Shown here piece after piece: positions 5,668 to 10,702 of a stretch of DNA of 10,702 bases (within the stretch, counting starts at the first letter, position 1; every line of letters starts with the position of its first letter). Made by a program: the position numbers and the translations under genes. Source of the stretch: Candidatus Acidiferrum sp. GTDB lineage: Bacteria > Methylomirabilota > Methylomirabilia > Rokubacteriales > CSP1-6. Under the pieces are notes generated by a model that worked only from the letters and a program-made list of their open reading frames with translations, made no database searches and was not told the origin of the DNA. The stretch is taken from assembly GCA_035317605.1 (NCBI GenBank), contig DATHGT010000259.1, positions 1 to 10,702 of the forward strand, in the 5' to 3' direction.

Positions 5668-8035
5668 CTCGGGGCCGGGCCGCCCGGATCGCCTCCCACA
5701 CGCGCGCGGGCGTCGCCGGCATCTCGACGTGCTCGACGCCGAATTCGGCCAGCGCGTCGCAGATCGCGTTGATCACGCAGGCGAGCGCGGGGGTGGTCCC
5801 GCCCTCCCCGCCGCCGCGCAGCCCCAGCGGGTGGAAGGTCGAGGGCACCTCGCTGATCTCGGTCGTGAACGACGGCAGCGCGTCGGCCCGCGGGACCGCG
5901 TAGTCCATCAGCGTCGACGACAGGAGCTGGCCGCTCTCGCCCTCGTAGTGGACGTGCTCCCACAGCGCCTGGCCCACGCCCTGGGCGATGCCGCCGTGGG
6001 TCTGGCCGTGCAGGATCATCGGGTTCACCGCGCGCCCGCAGTCGTCCACGGTGGTGTAGCGCACGAGGTCGACGGCGCCGGTCTCGGGATCGACCTCCAC
6101 CTCGCACACCGCGCAGCCGTAGGGGAACGACGGTTGCGGGAGCGTCTCGTCGCTGAGGCCGTCGAGGGGACCGCGGCACCCGGCGGGCGCGTCGTCCCGC
6201 TGCGCGGCGGCGGCGACGGCGAACAGATCCACCGAACGATCGGTGCCCTTCACGGTGAAGCGGCGGGCCGCGAACTCGATGTCGGCCTTCGCGGCCTCCA
6301 GCAGCCACGCGGCGATCCGCGTGCCCTTCTCCACGATCTGGTCGGATGCCTTGGCCATCACGATCGCGGCCAGCCGGAGCGCGCGCGCGGAGTGGGCCCC
6401 GCCGCCGACCACGGTCACGTCGGTGTCCCCGGTGATCAGGCGGACCTGCGCGAGATCGACGCCGAGCCATTCGACCAGGAGCTGAGCGAAGCTGGTGGCG
6501 TGGCCCTGGCCCGACGAGAGCGTGCCCAGCACGAGGTCGACGCGGCCCTCCGGGTGCACGGTGATGTTGGCCCGCTCGCGCGGGAAGCCCGTGTTGATCT
6601 CGATGTAGTTCGCGACGCCGATGCCTCGATACCGCCCGCGCGCTCGCGCCTCGGCGCGGCGGGCCGCGAAGTCCGCCCAGTCCGCCAGCGCGAGGGCGCG
6701 ATCGAGGGCGGCCCGGTAATCGCCGCTGTCGTAGATCACGCCCATGGCGTTGGTGTGCGGCATCGCGGCGGCGGGGATGAGGTTGCGCCGCCGCAGCTCC
6801 ACGCGGTCGAAGCCGTGGCGGCGCGCGGCCAGATCGATCAGCCGCTCCATCACGAACATGACCTCGGGACGGCCGGCGCTCCGGTAGGGCGTGGTGGGAG
6901 ACGTATTCGTATTCACACAGCGGCCGTGCAGCGACACCGCGGGCACCCGGTACACCGTGGTCGCGATGGCCATGCCCTTGTTGAGCGGGGTGTAGGCGAC
7001 GGCGTGAGCGCCCACGTTGCTGGTGTTGACGGTGCGGAAGGCCAGGAAGGTGCCGTCGCGGTCGAGGGCCAGCTCGGCGTGAGCGACGAGGTCGCGCCCG
7101 CCGTAGTCGGCGGCCAGCGCCTCGCGTCGCTCGCCCGTCCACTTCACGGGACGCCCGAGACGGCGCGCCGCCCACGCCACCAGCACCGGCTCGGCGTAGC
7201 AGCTGTTGCGGGTCCCGAAGTTGCCGCCGACGTCGCCCGCGGTCACCCGCACCGCGCTCTCGGAGACGCCCAGCGCGCCGGCCACGCCGGTCTGGGTGCG
7301 CCCGAGTCCGCCCGCGCCGGCGTGGACGGCGTAGCGACCGGTCGCCGCGTCCCAGCTCCCGACGGCGGCCCGCGGCTCCATGGTGACGCCGGTGACCCGC
7401 TGCACCCACGTCTCGAAGGGCACCACGTGAGCGGCGCGGGCAAACGCGGCGTCGACGGCGGCGGCGTCGCCCACGTGGGAATCCACGCACACGTTCGAGC
7501 CGGTCCCGTCCCACAGGATCGGCGCGTCCGCGGCGGCGGCGTCGAGGCTGGCCGCCACCGCGGGCAGCGGCGCCCACTCCACGGCCACGCGCTCGGCGCC
7601 GTCGCGGGCGGCGCCCGGCGTCTCCGCGATCACCATGGCCACGATCTCTCCCACGAAGCGCGCGCGGTCGGCCGGCATCGGCGGATGCGGGGCCACGAAG
7701 ACGACCTCGTGCTTCTTGACCATGTCCTCGTAGGGATTGCTGGGGATCGGACTGTGCACGATCGACTTCACCCCGTCGGCGATGGTGTCGGCGCCGGTGA
7801 GGACGGCGATCACGCCCGCGGTGGCGCGGGCGGCCGCGGCGTCGATGCGCTCGATCGACGCGTGGGCGTGGGGCGAGCGCACGAAGCACGCGTAGACCTG
7901 GTCGGGCAGGTTCACGTCGTCGCTGTAGCGGCCGCCGCCGGTGAGCAGTCGCGCGTCTTCCTTGCGCAGGATCGGCTTGCCGATGCCCTCGCGCGCCGCG
8001 TGCGTCCGGGACTGGAGGAACGAGGTGGTCGTCAC
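5657..8035 (-). CDS. Molybdopterin-binding large subunit of a CoxL / xanthine-dehydrogenase-family hydroxylase; form-II-like (putative, AYRGAGR-type active-site loop), not a bona fide form-I CO dehydrogenase
   Basis: The 792-aa product, with a GTG start at 8035, begins ...GKPILRKEDARLLTGGGRYSDDVNLPDQVYACFVRSPHAHASI (CoxL N-terminus). The active-site loop reads NTSPTTPYRSAGRPEVMFVMERLID (form II-like YR[GS]AGR rather than form-I AYRCSFR). The C-terminal region contains ...GGGAHSARALRL...GCAVCEVEVDPETGAV. Its stop (TAA, 5659..5657) overlaps the convergent upstream gene by 11 nt. The 5472..8072 ORF is a shadow in another frame. Confidence 0.9.
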   Translation of the reverse strand: MTTTSFLQSRTHAAREGIGKPILRKEDARLLTGGGRYSDDVNLPDQVYACFVRSPHAHASIERIDAAAARATAGVIAVLTGADTIADGVKSIVHSPIPSNPYEDMVKKHEVVFVAPHPPMPADRARFVGEIVAMVIAETPGAARDGAERVAVEWAPLPAVAASLDAAAADAPILWDGTGSNVCVDSHVGDAAAVDAAFARAAHVVPFETWVQRVTGVTMEPRAAVGSWDAATGRYAVHAGAGGLGRTQTGVAGALGVSESAVRVTAGDVGGNFGTRNSCYAEPVLVAWAARRLGRPVKWTGERREALAADYGGRDLVAHAELALDRDGTFLAFRTVNTSNVGAHAVAYTPLNKGMAIATTVYRVPAVSLHGRCVNTNTSPTTPYRSAGRPEVMFVMERLIDLAARRHGFDRVELRRRNLIPAAAMPHTNAMGVIYDSGDYRAALDRALALADWADFAARRAEARARGRYRGIGVANYIEINTGFPRERANITVHPEGRVDLVLGTLSSGQGHATSFAQLLVEWLGVDLAQVRLITGDTDVTVVGGGAHSARALRLAAIVMAKASDQIVEKGTRIAAWLLEAAKADIEFAARRFTVKGTDRSVDLFAVAAAAQRDDAPAGCRGPLDGLSDETLPQPSFPYGCAVCEVEVDPETGAVDLVRYTTVDDCGRAVNPMILHGQTHGGIAQGVGQALWEHVHYEGESGQLLSSTLMDYAVPRADALPSFTTEISEVPSTFHPLGLRGGGEGGTTPALACVINAICDALAEFGVEHVEMPATPARVWEAIRAARPRATG

Positions 8036-8090
8036 GCCGCCGGATCGTGGCCCCTCCGCCCGGCAGTGTCAAGCGGAGGCGCCAGGCCCT

Positions 8091-8118
8091 TTCGCGAGGG
8101 CGCGATTGGTTCTATAGT
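8091..8118 (+). promoter_or_regulatory. Possible promoter for the patatin-like gene: weak -35 (TTCGCG) with a good -10 (TATAGT at 8113..8118)
   Basis: TATAGT lies 47 nt upstream of the ATG at 8165. The -35 is poor (3/6). SD GGGGAGG (8151..8157) is 7 nt before the ATG. Confidence 0.2.
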
Positions 8119-8164
8119 GCGGCGCACCCAGCAGGACATCTCGCGGTCCCGGGGAGGCGTCACG

Positions 8165-10702
8165 ATGGTCGTCAACGCGGAACCGGCAGCGGCTCAGTCT
8201 TCGTCGCGCGAGAAGACCCGCGCCGACAAGGTCGCGCACGCGCAATCGATCCTGCGCGGTACCGAGGCGTCTCCAAGCGAGACCTACGCCCTCGCCGGGG
8301 AGCTCGAGAAGATCAACGAGTTCGGATACGCCCGGCGCCTGTACGGTCGCCTCCGCGCCGGGGGCAACTACAGCGGGCTCGACAAGAAGACTCCCGCGAA
8401 GGTCGGTCAGCGCCACGCCATCTGCACGTACAAGGATCCCGATCTCCCCGCGGCCGACCGCTTCAAGCGGGCCCTCGAGATCCTCGATGAGGTCGATCGG
8501 CTCGGCCCGACGCGCGGCGAACGACAGGAGAGCGCGGGTCTGCGCGGGGCCGTCTACAAGCGAAAGTGGCAGGTGGAGGGCCAGCGCGCCGACCTCGAGC
8601 GCGCGCTGGCCCACTATCTCAAGGGCCACAAGATGGGGGCCGAGCGCGATCAGGGCTACACCGGGATCAACGCGGCGTTCGTGCTCGATCTCCTGGCGCG
8701 TGAAGACGCGGTCGAGGCCAGGAAGACGGGCACGCGCGCGCTGGTGGCGCTCGAGTTCCGGGAGCGCGCGCGGGCGATTCGAAGCCATCTCGTCGCGCTG
8801 CTGCCCTCGCTGCTCATCGCGAAGGACACCGCGTGGCTCGCGGACCAGTGGTGGTTCTACGTCACCCTCGCCGAGGCGCATTTCGGTCTCGGGCAATTCG
8901 ACCAGGCGATCGCCGCGATGCGGGCCTACAACACGGCCGTCAAGCTCCCTCACGCCGGACCTCCGCTCGAGAAGGTCGCGCCATGGGAGTTCGAGTCCAC
9001 CCTGAGCCAGCTCGCCTCGCTGGCCGACCTCCAGGCCGACCTCCTCGCGCTGCAGGGACGGGAGCCCGACGCCGCCGCGAAGGCGACCGCCTCGCGTGAG
9101 CGCGCCAAGGAGGCCCTCCGCGCCTATCTCGGCGATCGTTTCGGCAAGGGCCTCGAGCGGGCGGTGACCGGCAAGATCGGCCTGGCCCTCTCGGGCGGCG
9201 GCTTTCGCGCCTCGCTCTTCCACATCGGCGTGCTCGCCCACCTGGCCGAGCGCGACCTGCTGCGGCGGGTCGAGGTGCTCTCGTGCGTGTCGGGCGGATC
9301 GATCCTGGGCGCCCACTACTATCTCGAGGTGCAGCGGCTGCTCGAGTCGAAGGCCGACCACGAGATCAAGCCGGGGGACTACGTCGAGGTGGTCCAGCGG
9401 CTGGAGCGCGCGTTCCTGGCCGGCGTGCAGACCAACATCCGCTGCCGCGTGTTCGGCAGCGTGTGGGCGAATCTCCGCATGTTCTTCCAGCCGGGGTACT
9501 CGACCACGCAGCGGCTCGGCGACCTGTACGAACAGAAGCTGTATGCCCAGGTCCCGGACGGCCGCCAGGGCGCGGCCCGCTATCTCCCCGACCTCCTCGT
9601 GCAGCCGAAGGGCGAGCGGCCCGGCTTCAAGCCCAAGTACGACAACTGGCGCCGGGCCGCCAAGGTGCCGATGCTGGTGCTGAACGCCACCACCCTGAAC
9701 ACCGGACACAACTGGCAGTTCACCGCCTCGTGGATGGGCGAGCCGCCGAGCACGCTCGACGCCGAGATCGAGGGCAACTATCGGTTACGCCGCATGTACC
9801 ACCGCGAAGCGCCGCGGCTGGCCGACAAGCGGCGGGGGTGGTGGGGCCGCCTCCTCGGGTACCCGGACTACCAGCGGTTCCGCCTGGGCCACGCGGTGGC
9901 GGCGTCCTCGTGCGTGCCCGGGCTCTTCGACCCGCTGGTGTTGCAGGATCTCTTCGACGGCAAGACCATCCGTCTCGTCGACGGCGGCGTCTACGACAAC
10001 CAGGGCGTGGCGAGCCTGATCGAGCAGGACTGCAACCTGATGCTGGTGAGCGACGCCAGCGGGCAGATGGCCGCCCAGGACCAGCCGAGCAGCGGTCGGC
10101 TGGGGGTGCCGCTCCGCTGCTTCGGCGTGTCCATGGCCCGTGTCCGCCAGGCGGAGTTTCAGGAGCTGGACGCGCGGCGCCGGTCCGGTCTCCTCAAGGG
10201 GCTCATGTTCCTGCACCTGCAAAAGGATCTCGACGCCGATCCCGTCGACTGGCGGGAATGCCAGGATCCGCACGACGCCTCCGACGAGGCCCGGCCCGCG
10301 TCGCGTCGCGGCGTGCTCACCCGCTACGGCATCCAGAAGTCCGTGCAGAGTCTCCTGTCGGGCATCCGGACCGATCTCGACTCCTTCACCGAGGTCGAGG
10401 CGTTCGCGCTGATGACCAGCGGATACTTCCAGGCCACGCAGGGCGCCGAACAACTGGAAGACCTTCCCCCGGCGGTCACGCCCGCGCCCCGATGGCGGTT
10501 CCTCGACATCGAGCCGGTCCTGCACCCGGGACCCGGGTTCGACGACCTCAACGAGCAGCTTCGCGTCGGCGGGCTCACTCCCGGCAAAGTGTGGCTGCTC
10601 TCCCCGATCCTCAAGGCCGTGGGGGTTCTCATCGCGGTCGTCGGTCTCTTCGGTCTGGGATGGCTCGCGTGGAAGTACTGGACCGTCTCGCTGGTCACCG
10701 TG
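8165..10702 (+). CDS. Large multidomain patatin-like phospholipase (PNPLA-family): N-terminal ~335-aa all-alpha domain of unknown function, a patatin core, a ~190-aa linker and a C-terminal TM helix. Partial: continues beyond the window end.
   Basis: The frame is continuously open from the ATG at 8165 (preceded by GGGGAGG) to the window end. It is absent from the ORF track because it runs off the edge. Patatin hallmarks: the oxyanion-hole GGGFR at 9194..9208 (GLALSGGGFRASLFHIGVLAHL), the nucleophile elbow VLSCVSGGSILGA at 9284..9298, and the catalytic Asp in IRLVDGGVYDNQGV at 9980..9988. A hydrophobic TM segment, LLSPILKAVGVLIAVVGLFGLGWLAWKYW, occupies about 10589..10690. Confidence 0.85.
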   Translation, partial: MVVNAEPAAAQSSSREKTRADKVAHAQSILRGTEASPSETYALAGELEKINEFGYARRLYGRLRAGGNYSGLDKKTPAKVGQRHAICTYKDPDLPAADRFKRALEILDEVDRLGPTRGERQESAGLRGAVYKRKWQVEGQRADLERALAHYLKGHKMGAERDQGYTGINAAFVLDLLAREDAVEARKTGTRALVALEFRERARAIRSHLVALLPSLLIAKDTAWLADQWWFYVTLAEAHFGLGQFDQAIAAMRAYNTAVKLPHAGPPLEKVAPWEFESTLSQLASLADLQADLLALQGREPDAAAKATASRERAKEALRAYLGDRFGKGLERAVTGKIGLALSGGGFRASLFHIGVLAHLAERDLLRRVEVLSCVSGGSILGAHYYLEVQRLLESKADHEIKPGDYVEVVQRLERAFLAGVQTNIRCRVFGSVWANLRMFFQPGYSTTQRLGDLYEQKLYAQVPDGRQGAARYLPDLLVQPKGERPGFKPKYDNWRRAAKVPMLVLNATTLNTGHNWQFTASWMGEPPSTLDAEIEGNYRLRRMYHREAPRLADKRRGWWGRLLGYPDYQRFRLGHAVAASSCVPGLFDPLVLQDLFDGKTIRLVDGGVYDNQGVASLIEQDCNLMLVSDASGQMAAQDQPSSGRLGVPLRCFGVSMARVRQAEFQELDARRRSGLLKGLMFLHLQKDLDADPVDWRECQDPHDASDEARPASRRGVLTRYGIQKSVQSLLSGIRTDLDSFTEVEAFALMTSGYFQATQGAEQLEDLPPAVTPAPRWRFLDIEPVLHPGPGFDDLNEQLRVGGLTPGKVWLLSPILKAVGVLIAVVGLFGLGWLAWKYWTVSLVTV

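Noticed and set aside
5472-8072. 866-aa minus-strand ORF overlapping the CoxL-like gene
   Set aside because: It is an alternative frame of the same strand. The product is poly-R/G/D junk. The 792-aa frame carries all the CoxL motifs.
8069-9709. 546-aa minus-strand ORF, plus the 9785..10525 and 10324..10698 minus ORFs
   Set aside because: These lie antisense to the continuous, motif-rich patatin-like ORF on the + strand. Their composition is low-complexity and no SD is present.
1-10702. CRISPR arrays, IS elements or transposases, integrase or att sites
   Set aside because: No regularly spaced direct repeats, no terminal inverted repeats flanking the low-GC gene, and no transposase or integrase ORFs were found.

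Overview
High-GC (~70%) bacterial chromosomal window with dense coding; the ORF track omits ORFs that run off the window edge, and long antisense 'shadow' ORFs are common. Supported features, left to right: (1) minus strand, 3'-truncated gene for a MOP-type aldehyde oxidoreductase/xanthine dehydrogenase-family protein with two [2Fe-2S] motifs fused to a molybdopterin-binding domain; (2) immediately upstream, same strand, an SPFH/prohibitin-like membrane protein gene with much lower GC (~54%) than its surroundings; (3) a divergent promoter region with a perfect 14-bp palindrome sitting in the spacer of a TCGACA-N17-GATAAT promoter; (4) a D-2-hydroxyacid dehydrogenase-family gene; (5) infA (IF-1), followed after 19 nt by (6) an SDR-fold gene whose YxxxK catalytic Tyr appears to be missing; (7) a 4-TM membrane protein with a C-terminal IPT/TIG-like beta domain; (8) convergent and overlapping by 11 nt, a stand-alone form-II-like CoxL/XDH-family molybdopterin large subunit with no CoxM/CoxS partner in the window; (9) divergent from it, a >846-aa multidomain protein: ~335-aa N-terminal all-alpha domain of unknown function, a patatin-like phospholipase core (GGGFR, CVSGG, DGG motifs), a ~190-aa linker and a C-terminal TM helix, running off the window end. 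No CRISPR, tRNA, rRNA or transposase signatures were seen. The strongest candidate for an undescribed system is the sensor-like N-domain / patatin / membrane-anchor protein. Secondary points of interest are the low-GC SPFH gene placed in front of the Mo-enzyme and the presence of two FAD-subunit-less Mo hydroxylases.
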